Shown here one piece after another: positions 26,472 through 43,184 of a stretch of 64,000 nucleotides of DNA; positions within the stretch are counted from its first letter, which is position 1; the number at the start of each line of letters is the position of its first letter. The stretch is from contig OZ024745.1 of assembly GCA_964016885.1 (NCBI GenBank), positions 21,452,001 through 21,516,000 on the forward strand, written 5' to 3'. The notes beneath the pieces were generated by a model that was not told the origin of the DNA, did not search any database, and saw only the letters and a program-made list of their open reading frames with translations. Position numbers and translations under genes: made by a program. Source of the DNA: Eledone cirrhosa. Taxonomy: Eukaryota.

Positions 26472-26509
<38 letters not shown>

Positions 26510-26619
26510 CTTGTGAGTGTAAGGTTAAACTTCAGAGTAACAAGACACATACATACATAATAAAGATTACACACACTTACATACATACACTCACACACTT
26601 GCACATAGACACACGCACA

Positions 26620-26724
<105 letters not shown>

Positions 26725-27289
26725 CCATTACCATCACCACTGTCACCCTCACCTCCATCACTATCACCCTCGCCACCATCACCTCCAACACCATCACCAC
26801 CACCACCACCACCACAACCACCATACACATAAATACAATCACTACCACCACCATCCACATGTTCACTATCAAATAACACCCTTCACTTCTATCAGCACCA
26901 CAAACAATACAGAAGGACTCCATACATGGTCACGTTACCTGCTAGATATTGCCACCAAATTTAACTCATATCCTCTCCCATTGGCTTAAAATGAAGAACA
27001 TTTCCGAAGAAAGAAGTTCTGGCTTCACAGAAATGACGGGCTGTTCAGGATTCCTCCATCTATTATCAGCAAGCTATTTACTGATTATGGCTCTACACCA
27101 CAATGACTAACACCTCCACATTTGTAAATACTTCCCCACCACCAACACAACCAGAATCACCACCACCACCACCACCACAAGTAACAAAAGCACCATCAAC
27201 AAAATCAACAAGAGCATCGTCACCACGACTACCACCACCACCACAACGCCATCAACACCACCACCACTGTCATCAGCATCAACACCACC

Positions 27290-30200
27290 CCAGCCACCAC
27301 CACTAAAGACCACGAACACCACCCAAGCCACCACCAATAAACACTACCAACACAACATCACCCCAGCCACCACCACTAAGCACCGCCAACACAACACCAT
27401 CAACACCACCTCAACCACCACAAACACCACCAACACCACCCCAGCCACCACCACTAAACACCACCAACACTACCCCAGCCACCACCACTAAACACCACCT
27501 ACGCCACCCGAGCCACCACCACTAAACACCACCAACACCACCCCAGCCACCAGCACCAACACCACCCCAGCTACCACCACTAAACACCACCAACACAAAA
27601 CCATCAACACCACCCCAGCCACTACCACTAAACACCACCAACACAAAACCATCAACACCAACCCAGCCACATCCACTAAACACCATCAACACCACCCCAG
27701 CCATGACCACTAAACACAACCAACACAACACCATCAACACCACCCCAGCCACCACCAACACCACCACTAAACACCACCAACACAACACCATCAACACCAC
27801 CACAAGCCACCACCAACACCACCCCACCCACCACCACTAAACACCACCAACACCACTCCAGCCACAACCACTAAACACCACCAACACCACCCAAGCCACC
27901 ACCACTAAACACCACCAACACCACCAACACCAGCCCTACCACCACCACTAAGCACCACAAACACCAAGTCAGCCACCACCACTAAACACCACCAACACCA
28001 CCCCAGCCACCACCACTAAGCACCACAAACACCAAGTCAGCCACCACCACTAAACACCACCAACACCACCCCAGCCACCACCACTAAGCACCACAAACAC
28101 CGCTCCAGCCACCACCACTAAAAACCACCAACACCACTCCAGCCACCACCACTAAACAACACCAACACCACTCCAGCCACCACCACTAAACACCACCAAC
28201 ACAACACCACCAACATCACTCTAGCCACCACCACTAAACACCACCAACACCACCCCTACCACCACCACTAAACACCACCAACACCACTCCAGTCACCACC
28301 AACACCACTCCAGTCACCACCAATACAACACCACCAACACCACTCCAGTCACCACCAATACAACACCACCAACACCACTCCAGCCACCACCACTAAACAC
28401 CACCAACACAACACCACCAACAGCTCTCTAGCCACCACCACTAAACACCACCAACACCACTCTAGCCACCACCACTAAACGCCACCAACACAACACCACC
28501 AACACCACTCTAGTCACCACCACTAAACACCACCAACGCCACCCCAACCACCACCACTAAACACCACCAACACCACTCCAGCCACCACCAATACAACACC
28601 ACCAACACCACTCCAGCCACCACCACTAAACACCACCAACACCACTCCAGCCACCACCACTAAACACCACCAACACCACTCCAGCCACCACCACTAAACA
28701 CCACCAACACCACCCCAGCCATCATCACTAAACACCACCAACACCACCACAGCCACCACCACTAAACACCACCAACACCACCCCTGCCTCCACTAAACAC
28801 CGCCAACTCCACCCCGCCACCACCACTAAACACCACCAACACCACCCTCGCCACCACCAATAAACACCACCAACATAACACCACCTCAGCCACCACCACT
28901 AAACACCACCAACACCACCCCAGCCACCACCAATAAACACCACCAACACCACCCCTGCCTCCACTAAACACCGCCAACTCCACCCCGCCACCACCACTAA
29001 ACACCACCAACACCACCCTCGCCACCACCAATAAACACCACCAACATAACACCACCTCAGCCACCACCACTAAACACCACCAACACCACCACAGCCACCA
29101 CCACTAAACACCACCAACACCACCCCTGCCTCCACTAAACACCGCCAACTCCACCCCGCCACCACCACTAAACACCACCAACACCACCCTCGCCACCACC
29201 AATAAACACCACCAACAAAACACCACTCCAGCCACCACCACTAAACACCATCAACACCACCTCAGCCACCACCACTAAACACCATCAACACCACCCCAGC
29301 CACCACCACTAAACACCACCAACACCACCAACACCATCCCAGCCACCACCACTAAGCACCACAAACACCAAGTCAGCCACCACCACTAAGCACCACAAAC
29401 ACCGCTCCAGCCAAATCCACTAAATACCACCAACACCACTCCTGCCACCACCACTAAACACCACCAACACCACTCCAGCCACAACCACTAAACACCACCA
29501 ACACAACACCACTAACACCACTCTAGCCACCACCAATAAACACCACCACTAAACACCACCAATACCACTCCAGCCACTACCACTAAACACCACCAACACA
29601 ACACCACCACAATCACTCCAGCCACCACCAATAAACACCACCACTAAACACCACCAACACCACTCTAGCCACCACCACTAAACACCACCAACACCACCCC
29701 ACCCACCACCACTAAACATCACCAACACCACTCCAGTCACCACCAATAAAACACCACCAACACCACTCCAGCCACCACCACTAAACACCACCAACACAAA
29801 CCACCAACACCACTCAGGACACCACCACTAAACACCACCAACATCACTCCAGCCACCACCACTAAACACCACCAACACCACTCCAGACACCACCACTAAA
29901 CACCACTAACACCACCCCAGCCACCACCAATAAACACCACCAACACCACTCCAGCCACCACCACTAAACACCACCAACACCACTGCAGCCACCACCACTA
30001 AACACCACCAACACCACTCCAGTCACCACCACTAAACACCACTAACACCACCCCAGCCACCACCACTAAACATCACCAACACCACCAACACAACTCCTGC
30101 CACACCACTAAACGCCACCAACACCACCCCAGCCACCACGGCTACACACCACCAACAAAAGACCATCAACACCACCCCAGCCACCACCACTAAACACCAC

Positions 30201-31355
30201 CAACACAACACCATCAACACCACCCCAGCCACCACCAATAAACACCACCAACACAAGACCATCAACACCACCCCAGCCACCACCACTAAACACCACTAAC
30301 ACCACCCCAGCCACCACCACTAAACATCACCAACACCACCAACACAACTCCTGCCACACCACTAAACGCCACCAACACCACCCCAGCCACCACGGCTACA
30401 CACCACCAACAAAAGACCATCAACACCACCCCAGCCACCACCACTAAACACCACCAACACAACACCATCAACACCACCCCAGCCACCACCAATAAACACC
30501 ACCAACACAAGACCATCAACACCACCCCAGCCACCACCACTAAACACCACCAACACAACACCATCAACACCACCCCAGCCACCACCACTAAACACCACCA
30601 ACACAACACCATCAACACCACCCCAGCCACCACCACTAAATACCACCAACAAAAGACCATCAACACCACCCCAGCCACCACCACTAAACACCACCAACAC
30701 AACACCATCAACACCACCCCAGCCACCACCACTAAATACCACCAACAAAAGACCATCAACACCACCCCAGCCACCACCACTAAACACAACCAATACAACA
30801 CCATCAACACCACCCCAGCCACCACCACTAAACACCACCAACACAACACCATCAACACCACCCCAGCCACCACCACTAAACACCACCAACACAACACCAT
30901 CAACACCACCCCAGCCACCACCACTAAACACCACCAACACAACACCATCAACACCACCCCAGCCACCACCACTAAACACAACCAATACAACACCATCAAC
31001 ACCACCCCAGCCACCACCACTAAACACAACCAACACAACACCATCAACACCACCCCAGCCACCACCACTAAACACAACCAATACAACACCATCAACACCA
31101 CCCCAGCCACCACCACTAAACACAACCAATACAACACCATCAACACCACCCCAGCCACCACCACTAAACACAACCAACACAACACCATCAACACCACCCC
31201 AGCCACCACCACTAAACACAACCAATACAACACCATCAACACCACCCCAGCCACCACCACTAAACACAACCAACACAACACCATCAACACCACCCCAGCC
31301 ACCACCACTAAACACCACCAACACAACACCCTCAACACCACCCCAGCCACCACCA
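27290..31355. repeat. C/A-rich minisatellite (34-bp and 48-bp units, core CACCACCCCAGCCACCACCACTAAACACCACCAA)
   Basis: Homogeneous 48-bp units at 30420-31355 and more diverged 34-bp units upstream. Confidence 0.93.
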
Positions 31356-32221
31356 TCCCCAGAGCACATCTATCACAACTACCTCCGCAACCCTCATCCT
31401 GACCACCACCACCACAACCATAACAACCACCACCACCACCACCACAACCAACACACCTCTCCTTACCATCACATCTATCAAAGCACCTTCGCAACCCTCA
31501 TTCCCACCACCAATCTCCAGCCCCACCACTAGCATCACAAAAAACTACAACCATCCCCCCCCCCCATCACCACCACATTTATCACAACCACCACCGCACC
31601 CGTCATCGAACCACCAGCACCAGCAGCACCACCACCGCCACCACCAACTCCACAACCTGCACCACCACCTGCACAAGCACCACCTGCATCACCACCACGA
31701 TCACCACCAACAGAACTACCACCACCACCACCACCACCACCACCACCACGTGCACAAGCGCCACCACCACCACCACCACTACCAGCGCCCGCACCACCCG
31801 CACCAGCACCAACACCACCGCCGCCACCAGCACCACCGTATGTGTATGCGTGTATGTGTGTATGTGTGTGTTTGTGTGTTTGTTGTGTATGCGTGTATGT
31901 TTGTCTATGTGTTGTATGTGTGTGTATGTGTATGTGTGTATGTTTGTCTATGTGTTGTGTGTGTGTGTGTGCGTGTATGTTTGTCTATGTGTGTGTGTGT
32001 GTGTGTATGTGTGTGTGTGTAATTTATTGCTTTGCTGTAGTATTTTACCTTTAGCAGTTATTGGTCTTTGGTTTTTTCTTGTTTTGCTATTTATATATAT
32101 TTGTATATATTTATTTTTATTTAACTTCTTGTTCCTGAACATTGGAAGATATACAGACATACGTAGTTATATTGGCAACCAATGTATTTTACGTATATAC
32201 AGACACATACACTCACATATA

Positions 32222-32257
<36 letters not shown>

Positions 32258-33956
32258 GTAAACAGAAATAACAAAGCAAACAGCACAGTACAATGAAGAA
32301 ATATATAAGTTTAACGCTTGAAATAATATGAAAAGATTCTTAACGTTTTGGATACAAATCTTCCACCATAAGATAGAATTAGACGGAGATGTTGCAGAGT
32401 CGGTAGAATGTCGGTTTGAATATCTTGTGATATTTGTTCCGGCTGAATTCAAATCCCGCCGAGATGAACTTTTTTCTTTTTTCATCTTTTCAATGTCGAT
32501 AAAAGAATACGTGAAGTGTAGTTTAGACTTTTCTTCCAAACTGAGAATAGTACACCCCACCCCCCAAAAAGCACAGCCCTTGACTGTTTTTAGTTTGGTA
32601 CATTATGTTACGAACATTTGAATTCGTTATCTTGTCTGGAAGTAACTCATGAAAAGAGGTTTCTCATTCTTTTTCCACAATAGTGTTGAAAACCTTACAT
32701 AGGGTCCTTACCATTGGTCTTCCTTCTCTGACTAAACTACCAAAATATTTGTCAATGTCAAATTTCATTTCGTTGTTCATTAGAATCTATCGGATAACCT
32801 TTTGAACTAAATTTCCAATAAATTCATTTGTTCCGTATATTAATAGCACATTTTTTTTTTTCATCTCATGTGACAATGCAAAAACGTTTAGGATTTGCAG
32901 CACTTGAGACTATATGTATTGTCGTAGAAACCTAATTTTATCAAATATGATTTTCTAGGGTTGATTGTACAAACTAATCGATCCTTATCTGAGTCTGGAA
33001 TCAACCTATGTCTGTAACGTTATGTTGTATTTTATGTTTGAAAATATCTTTATAATATGCTTGCAAATATATGTTTGAATTTCATTTTGATGTTTTGTTA
33101 CTATCTTAGCTCTGTATACTTTTCTTTTTATTAGAAATGCTGTATGTTATCTCAACATCGAGTTTTAGTGTTAAGTAGTTAAGTATATTTGTGACTGCGT
33201 TTATATTCGTTGGTGTGTATGGATCTTTTTTTTTATATCCAAGAGAAGTCCATTATCGTATCATAGAGTGTATTTCTGTACATCGATAGAGCTTCTGTCT
33301 CACTTATTCTTGAAAATAACCTAACACAACATCGTGAATTTGCTTTGAGATATTTGAAACTGTTCCCCTCTCTTTGCTGATTATAGCTTTTAGTGATTTA
33401 GCTTGTATCAGCAAAAAATCTACCACTTAATAAGAAACTATGATGTCACGTCAATTACAGCGTGGTTATATTACTGTCTGTAATAGGTAGTATTGAAAAA
33501 TTGATTAAAATATTGACCACACCTGAACAGAACATTTTCATTTTGCTTTCATTTGTTGATATTTCTGTTAATATTAGTTTAAATATTTCGACTGGTTATA
33601 TAAGAGAATAGGAGTTGGGTGAACATCAAATGTATTCATGTTTAATTTTAGAATGTTTTTGTAATACTTTCTAGGAGTTGCCGATGGACACCAAACCACG
33701 TTAATAAACTTCTATTTGTACAGAAAGACAATTTGTAAAATTCACAATTGAGTTTATTTAAACTACCGTTTTGATTCTTATTTTATTATTTCGATATTAA
33801 AGGCGATGTATTGGCAGTGTCAGTTTTGCCACATATAGTTACGACCCTTTAAGGTCTGAGTTCAAATCCCACCGGCTTTGCCTTTCACCTTTACTACCTA
33901 CTGTATCGATTTAAACCACTTTCCTGTCACTTAAAATTGTTGTGCCTAAATCATCT

Positions 33957-34105
33957 GGATGGCAGTATCGGTAGAGGGTCGGACACCATGCTTTCCAGCA
34001 TAGCGTTACGTCCCTTTACGGACTGAGATCAAATCCTTCCAGGGTTAACTTTGCCTGTCATCCTTACAGGGTCGATACAACTTGTGCCAAAAGTAGAAAC
34101 AATTA
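33957..34105 (+). mobile_element. tRNA-derived SINE (abundant family)
   Basis: TGGCAG..TCGGTAGAG A-box, GAG(T/A)TCAAATCC B-box, then AACTTTGCCT(T/G)TCATCCTT. Relatives lie at ~32380-32520, 33800-33950, 39250-39630, 42448-42770 and 59690-59890 (minus). Confidence 0.7.
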
Positions 34106-36882
34106 TTTCGTTATTATCTCTGCAGTTTTTAAAAGCTTTAAAAGCTTCTTTTCAAAATTCTTTTGCCATCAATATCGATTACTCAGTCATTCAACCGTAT
34201 TTAGGCTTTCTGATGTCTGACTAAGAGAACAATTCCAAGATTTTTATACGTCACTCATTCACATGGTCGTGATGGTTAGATTTAACTACTTGGCCGCGAG
34301 AGGTTTACAAAACTTTAGATATTCTTACCATGAGTATATATATAATCAAAAATAGTCCAAAAATATCTAAGCATGAAATAGACCTAACATATAAGGATGT
34401 TGTGAAATTTCCTTAGCGTTTACCGGTTTACAGTCTTTGAAACCACTGGCATGTTTGGGGGAGAAATATAAATTGTTTCCCCTCTTTATTAACTAATCTG
34501 GTATTAGTACTGGTTTGTTATTACTTCACCTAACGAAGTTATAGTTTCATGTGTGCTGGATTAAGAACTTTAACAAAAAATTGGGAACTTTATCCTGCAA
34601 GCCCTTTATTTTCTTGTGATATTGTATGATTCGTAAAATCTTTGTTTATGCTGTGATATGATTTTGCTAATATTTTCCCTTCCTTCTTTCTCATGTATCA
34701 AGCATCACTATTATCTACATTTTTTCTCAATGTGCCTATGATTCTGTTCTAAAGCTGTTTTTTTTTCTCTCATTGAAGTCCCCAGAGTGTATTTTACTAT
34801 TTGTTTCAAATATCTAACACTATTCCAAGAAAAGTTGTTGTTCTTTATAAGGAACCTTATCTGGCATGTCTCTGCTGGGATCATTTAAAAAAAGTTTTTC
34901 TGTTCTTTCCAGGTTATCTTTCTTTTTCTCAATATTGTGCTTCCTTAAGCTTTTTTCGATTTGTTTCAAAAATATTTCTTTTAAATATTATATCTCTCCA
35001 TTTGTTTTTCCTAAGTAACGTTAATGATCTTGAGTTGCATGCCTTCGTTCCACTCTTTTATTGGGGCTGATGAGGACTGACTTATTCTATTAAGGTTGCA
35101 CCAGTTTTACTTCCCTACAACCATGGCTATTAAGTAAATTAAATTATTCTGCGCGTCGATCTTCAATGTTGTGTCTATTTGTATATGTGTACACAATACG
35201 GTTCTGTTCATTTTTGTTAAATTTTACACAGAGTCGTCTCTGCTTAAACTACTGTCATGTATGTAATTCTCTTTACTGTTATGTGTTGAATCGAGAGTAG
35301 TATAGTGTTGTTGTTGGCCATTGGGAGTGTAGCTTCTGTTGAACCTTTTGTTGTTCATTGCAGCTGCTGTTTCTGCAATTGTGATTGATATTCCTGTTGT
35401 ATATATTTCTGCTTGTTTTTTAGTTTTTGTTTTTTTGCATTAATATTTTGGTTGCTGCTCTTGTCAAATGTGCATTTGTTTTACATCAGTCTTAGCCTTA
35501 TTTCACTAGCTCAAGATATACTACACTCTAAAAATTACGCGGGGCGTTGATCAATTTGAGTGCTTGTTCTGATTTCTTTCTTGATCTGATTTATTCCCTG
35601 GAATCTCAGAAGCTACTGAAAGTAGTGACGTCTAAATAACTTATTAATGATTAATAACCAAACTTGTTTTTAATTTGTTTATTCTTAATCATTGTTGTTG
35701 AGGCCCAAATCAACTGTAATTGATTAAACCCTTGATTAAAAACATCCCAGCCACGGGTGTCCCATTTATCTCTCTAGTAATATCGAATTCTTGACTACAT
35801 TATCGAAAGTGATCTGTTTTAAGACTGTATTTTAACTCAGAACCAATAATATTTATTAAGTCAATTTGATAGTTGTTATGGCTAATGTTATTGTTCTTGT
35901 TCTTGTTCTTGTTATGGAGGTAGGTGTAAGACTGTTCCCGTCTTTACTTGTTAGTTGTTGATAGGTACCTGTAATATATTTTAAGTCAATTTGATTGATC
36001 GTAAATATCGATAATTAACTAACCAATTATATAACCTTGTTGTGTTATACTAACACCCATCTATTGCCATCAAAATATATACCAGTAATACACAATGAGT
36101 CGATATAATCGATTATATCGACTGTAAAACTTTACTATAAATCCTCCACTTTGTGTCAATATAGAAAATATCAATAATTTCAAGTTTCAACCTAGTTATT
36201 ATGTGAACGAGATATTTCTTAAGACGTATAATTAGTGAAAGACATAAAATGTGAAGATTCTTAACACTATTACGTAAATGGCTAAGTGAAGAGTGTACTG
36301 GAAAATTGCGATGGAGATCAGTGGATCCAAATCTCTCAAAGATATTCCATATTTGTGTTCATAACCAAGTTATTTAACTTTTCAAATGACCCAGTCTACA
36401 TATAACTGAAAAGAGACATACTTAGGCTGGAACATTACAGCGTTGTAAACATACACTTCACAAGGTATGGGTCATGGTACGATAGCGAAAAGGTCACCAA
36501 AACTATTTCTTTTACACATGAAACAGAAACTGTAAAATATAAACTATGAAATCTTCATGAATATGTTACAGAATAAGTCATATGCTTAAGACGATCTACA
36601 ATATAGAATTTCGTAAGGTAGATGATTGGATGAAGGTCACCTATGGGGGTTATGGACCTGACTCCAGCATCGATCTCTTCATCCGAGTGTTGATTTAACC
36701 AGTCAGTGTCGGGCGCAATCAATATTGATTGTACCTTGAGCTGATTTATCGCGAAACGCCCGTCACATATGAATAAACATATCGACGGTATATTGATCTT
36801 CGTTCCTACACCTTATTATTTATATCATATATCTATGTATATATGATATATCTATATCTATATATATATCTATATCTATCTA

Positions 36883-36919
<37 letters not shown>

Positions 36920-36972
36920 TTTTCTAATCAATATGAATTTTTCTGGTAATGACGATTTCGTTGTTCACGACA

Positions 36973-37024
<52 letters not shown>

Positions 37025-37572
37025 CGATGATCGGAGTGCTGATTGTGAGTGTGGTTATGTTAATGGTGGTATTGGTGATGGTGGTGGTAGTGATGTTAAC
37101 GGTGGTGTTGGTGGTGGTGGTGGTAGTGATGTTAACGGTGGTGTTGGTGGTGGTGGTGCTTATTTTGAAGAACAAATTTATTTAATATTCATTGCAGAAT
37201 CGATATAATTATAATTATTATTAATATAGTGTTGTTGTTGTCGTTGTTGCTATAATTCAGTTTTATGTTAGTGTTATTAATAGTTTTCTTTAAATTATGC
37301 TCACGTTTTCCCCATTCCCGCTGCTAATTCTACTGCTGTCAATGGTTATGATGATGATGGTAGTGGTGGTGGTTGTGGTGGTGGCTGTGGTGGTGGTGGT
37401 GGTGGTTGTGGTGGTGGTTGTGGTGGTGGTTGTGGTGGTGGTGGTTGTGGTGGTGGTTGTGCTGATGATGATGGTGATGAAAATTATGATGAATATGATG
37501 ATGATGATGATGGTGGTGGTTGTGGTTGTGGTGGTGGTTGTGCTGATGATGATGGTGATGAAAATTATGAGG

Positions 37573-37608
<36 letters not shown>

Positions 37609-37899
37609 ATGATGATGATGATGACTATGAATATGATGAAAATGATGATGATGTCGATGATGATGCTGGTGATGTTATTGATGCTGGTGACGACGATGAT
37701 GACGATGTTATGACGATGATGATGATGATGTTATGACGATGATGATGATTACCATCATCATCATCATCAGCACCATTATTAAGCAGAATTATTTCTCTGA
37801 TTATTCTCACTATCGGAGTAGCACCATTACCACAATGGTGGCTCCTACCACTACTACCACCAACATTAAGCTACCACTGCCTTAACTACAATAACATCA

Positions 37900-39095
37900 T
37901 CTCTTACACCACCACCACCACCGCTATATACACCACCGCTATATATACCACCGCTATATACACCACCACCGCCACCACTATATACACCACCACCACCACC
38001 ACCACCACCACCACCACCACCACCACCACCACTATATACACCACCACCGCCACCACCACCACTATATACACCACCACCACTATATACACCACCACTATAT
38101 ACACCACCACCACCACCACCACCACCACCACTATATACACCACCACCACCACCACCACCACCACTATATACACCACCACCACTATATACACCACCACCAC
38201 CACTGTATACACCACCACTATATACACCACCACCACCACTATATACACCACCACCACCACCACTTATATACACCATCACCACCACTATATAAACCACCAC
38301 CACCACCACCACCACCACCACTGTATACACCACCACTATATACACCACCACCACCACCACTTATATACACCATCACCACCACTATATAAACCACCACCAC
38401 CACCACTATATACACCACCACCACCACTATATACACCACCACCACTATATACACCACCACCACCACCACCACCACCACCACCACCACCACCACTGTATAC
38501 ACCACCACTATATACACCACCACCACCACCACTTATATACACCATCACCACCACTATATAAACCACCACCACCACCACCACTGTATACACCACCACTATA
38601 TACACCACCACCACCACCACTATATACACCACCACCACTACTATATACACCACCACCACCACCACTGTATACACCACCACTATATACACCATCACCACCA
38701 CTATATACACCATCACCACCACTATATACACCATCACCACCACTATATACACCACCACCACCACTATATACACCACCACCACTATATACACCACCACCAC
38801 TACTATATACACCACCACCACCACCACTATATACACCACCACCACTATATACACCACCACCACTATATACACCACCACCACTATATACACCACCACCACT
38901 ATATACACCACCACCACTATATACACCACCACCACCACCACCACCACCACCACCACCACTATATACACCACCACCACCACTATATACACCACCACCACCA
39001 CTATATACATCACCACCACCACTATATACACCACCACCACCACCATCGCCACTACCGACACCACCACCACCACTACCACCACACTACCACCACCA
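37900..39095. repeat. (CCA)n-CTATATACA minisatellite
   Basis: Direct inspection. Confidence 0.92.
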
Positions 39096-39447
39096 CCATG
39101 TCATTGCCAACATAAACCCTATAGTCGTTATAGTCTCTTTACCTCTAACAAAGTCACTATTATCAGTAAGATCGTCCTGAACATGATGATGATGATGATC
39201 ATCATCATCATCAACATCATCAACATCATCGTCCCCTCAGGGTCGTGGATTGGTTGTTTCCGTAAAATATCAGTATTTAGTGACAGTGCATTACTTTCTG
39301 AGTTCGATTCCCGCTGAGATCAACTACGCTTCACTTATTTTCGCAGTAGATAATATAAAGTACCAGTGTAATACTGGGGTCAATACAATCGACTTGTTTC
39401 TCTCCTTCACCTTGTGTTTACATTAGAAGACTTTATTATTTCACTCA

Positions 39448-39630
39448 GGGGCAGCATTGGTAGGGGGTCGGATGCCATGCTTTGACACATAAAGTAACGG
39501 ACCTTGACATTCTGAGTTCAAATCCCGCAGAGGTTAACTTTGCCTTTCATCCTTATGTGGTCGAGAAAATAAAGTACCAGTAATGCACTGGGTAATGCTG
39601 GCCTTATGCCAAACGTAGAAACAATTATTT
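39448..39630 (+). mobile_element. tRNA-derived SINE
   Basis: Same family as 42448-42640; B-box GAGTTCAAATCCC. Confidence 0.75.
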
Positions 39631-40608
39631 CACTCAGGTTATTTCAACCATTGGACAAAGTTATCAGCGGCTGTAAAAACCACGCATGCATTCTATAGAA
39701 TATCAGGGATGATGGGCTTGGAGCAGCCCTGGGCGTCAACAGGGACAAGTTTGAACAGACTCCTCTTGTGGAGTACTGTGGCGATCAATTAGATCACAGA
39801 AAGGGTTTGAAATCAGAATACGAAGGGCCAGAATATATAGATCAAAACATTCTATGTGATGTTCTTACGACTCTGTCGGGCCCAGTGTTTAGTGTGGTAC
39901 TTTATTCATTAACCATAGACCGGAATAAATGCAGTAACATATTTCAACTGATTCTCTAACGTTTCAGTGAATTTGTTCTGATAATTTACACTACTACTGT
40001 TCTTCTCTACTAATAAGCTGTGTACCATTTCACGCTCAAATCCTTTTCTTTCCAATGTAATCCTCCAACCTTCTGTCGATATCTCTGCATCTGGCGCAGT
40101 ATTGTAACCTCTGCAACTCCCAATTGCCCTACATAGGTTTCCTGCTCAGACATCAAATATAACGACGACCCTACAAGTCTTCTAGCGCCTGGATAGATAA
40201 ATAAGTACTACTGTTCTTCCACCAATAAAAACAATACAACAACTATGACCCAAGCAATCTATTGTGTATGTCGATATTCCCTTTGGGAGAGAACAGATAT
40301 TAACACAACACAATTGAAGCTTACCGCTTCCAGACGTTCTTATTGTGTTTCCACTTTGTTCTTGGTGTTGAAAAGTACTTGTATTGATTTTGGTCAGGAT
40401 TCGTTTGTTTTCTCATTCATAAACACTGTTTTGTAGTTACTGTTTCTCGCACTTGTATTGTTCTCCGTATTTTCATGTTTATGTTGTTGGCATTGTGATT
40501 TTCTCATGGAAATGAGATCTCTACCGTATATGTATCTCATCTCATCTAATCTATCTATCTATCTTTTATATATATATATATACATATAAATATATGTATA
40601 TATATATG

Positions 40609-40645
<37 letters not shown>

Positions 40646-40646
40646 G

Positions 40647-40761
<115 letters not shown>

Positions 40762-40990
40762 TGTGGTTGTGTAATTATGTGAGAATATTTGGAGGACAAA
40801 ATTTGAATAAACTTATATTAATATTCATACTTACGTACGAGCGTGTGTGTGTACATACATACATACATACATACATACGTACATACATACATATATACAT
40901 ACATACATATATATATATAGATATATATAGAGAGAGAGTGAAGCAGATAGATAGATATAATGGAATGTATTATTTAAGTTTATCATAAAG

Positions 40991-41023
<33 letters not shown>

Positions 41024-41183
41024 GCCACACTCACATGCACATATAGACGCCCACATACACACACGCACTCACACTCAGGAAAAACACGCAGATGGGTAAG
41101 TAATAAATATACATTGGCGGAAAGATAAATCCTGATGAACAAAGAGATAAACTTACAATCACACACACACATGCACACACACG

Positions 41184-41226
<43 letters not shown>

Positions 41227-41265
41227 GCGCGCGCACGCACGCACACACACGCACACACACACACA

Positions 41266-41366
<101 letters not shown>

Positions 41367-42447
41367 TGGGGGAGAGTAAGAGATAGAGGTACAGACAAAT
41401 AGACAGACAGATAAATATGGCTGATAAACTGATGGATAGATAGATAGATAAATAGATAGCATAAGTGAAAGAGTGGGAGATTGTGAGTGTTTGTTTGAAA
41501 GGTAGTAATGATAAAGAAAAGGAGATAGAAATATGAATATGGCTATCAGATAGGGCTCTAGAGAGGTAAATATATCACGTGGAATATCCGCCATAACTGA
41601 AACAGTCGTCGTTCTCTTACCACGTGGGAATTAAAATTATCTCTTTGATTATTCCTTGATACTTCAGCACCAAATATTTCTCTGAATTGATGAAAGCTTC
41701 GGTAGCCGGAAGTGCCCAAAACGTCTATCAATAAAGACTGACACCTAATAAATATTTAGGTATTTTTTTTTTCGAATATATTTATATATTTATTATTTAT
41801 CTGTCTATTTATCTATATAATAAGCGCGAAGGTTCGTCTGTTTGTCTGGAACAACGTCGCCATTTTCTCAACAAATCTTTACATAAGGCCAAATCCATCC
41901 CCGTATAATCCATAAACAGTGAAATCCCTGGTGTAAAATTGGGAGGATTCAAGAAACGAGATGAAAGAATACTGAAAGTTCTAAAAGAGTAGAAGTGGAA
42001 GATTTGACAAGGAGTGTTGAAAAATAGAAAAATGTCAAATTTTTTCTTTAATATATTTCTGTTCATTTTTTTCAAACTGTTTATTTCTTTCCCTCTCTCA
42101 CATATAGACAGTTTCTATTTGACTATATTGTATGTATATTTGTGTAAATATTCATATATGAGCCTACTGATTTAGCGTGTATGTATAGATATGCATTTGA
42201 ATTCATATATATGCATTATAGATGTGTGTACGAATTCCTATATATGCATTATCTAATATGTCTATTGTAAATATAATAGGGCGAAGATTCAGAGATATCT
42301 AGTTGCTACTTCTGGCAACTTGTTAGTATTGTTGTTATTGTTGTTGCATTTAGGCCAAAGGAAAACATGTCTCTATAATGGAAAGTACTATCACCCACCC
42401 CCCAAAAAATGATTGTCTTGTGCCTAAATCAGGAACCATTATTAAAA

Positions 42448-42640
42448 AGGCGGTGGATTGGCAGCATCGGTTGAGGGTCGGATGCCATGCTTTGCAGCAA
42501 AGAGTTACGGCCCTTTATGGTCTGAGTTCAAATCCCGCCAAGGTTAACTTTGCTTTTCATCCTTACGGGGTCGATAATATAAAGTACCAGTAATGTACTG
42601 GGTAATTGCTGGCCTTGTGCCAAAAGTAGAAACAATTATT
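42448..42640 (+). mobile_element. tRNA-derived SINE, followed head-to-tail by another copy (42645-42770)
   Basis: AGGCGGTGGATTGGCAGCATCGGTTGAG A-box region, GAGTTCAAATCCCGCC B-box, tail AAAAGTAGAAACAATTATT. Confidence 0.78.
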
Positions 42641-43184
42641 AAAAAGCAGTGGATTAGTAACATCAGAAGAGACAACATGCTTTGCGGTATTTACTTACAG
42701 CTTTCTACTTTCTGAGTTCAAATTCCGCTGAACTTATTTTTGCCTTTCAACCTTCTGAGGTCAATGGAAGACGTCCATTCTAGCATTGAGTCACTATAAA
42801 TAATAGTCAATGAATTTTTTAAAAAGAAATTTCTGTTCCAGAATTGTGTGTGTCAGCTTTATCAAGCATTTAGTCTGACGACTGCCACCCTATTCCTGCC
42901 CTAATATGTCATCCGCCACGTGAGCCCGACCGATGTGATGGAGAAGACATAAAGATAAAGTCCCAGTTAAATACTGGGTCAATATAATTGACATTCCCTT
43001 CCATTCAATTTGCTGGCCTTGTGTTTAAAGTAGAAAATATTTCCAACAGATCAACCAACAACACAGAGGTCCCCTTATTGCTGGTGATAGTAGAACACTT
43101 TTGTTTATATACAAATAGTAGTAACTTAAGATGTAATTTCCCCCATTATTGTTGCTATATTTTACAAACAAACAATACGATTAG

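Noticed and set aside
30286-31494. 402-aa and 335-aa repetitive ORFs
   Set aside because: Read-through of a 48-bp minisatellite; open in several frames with no gene context.
41680-41740. Additional hammerhead-like remnants (also ~8595-8625 and ~50295-50335)
   Set aside because: Core nucleotides or stems are too degenerate to call.
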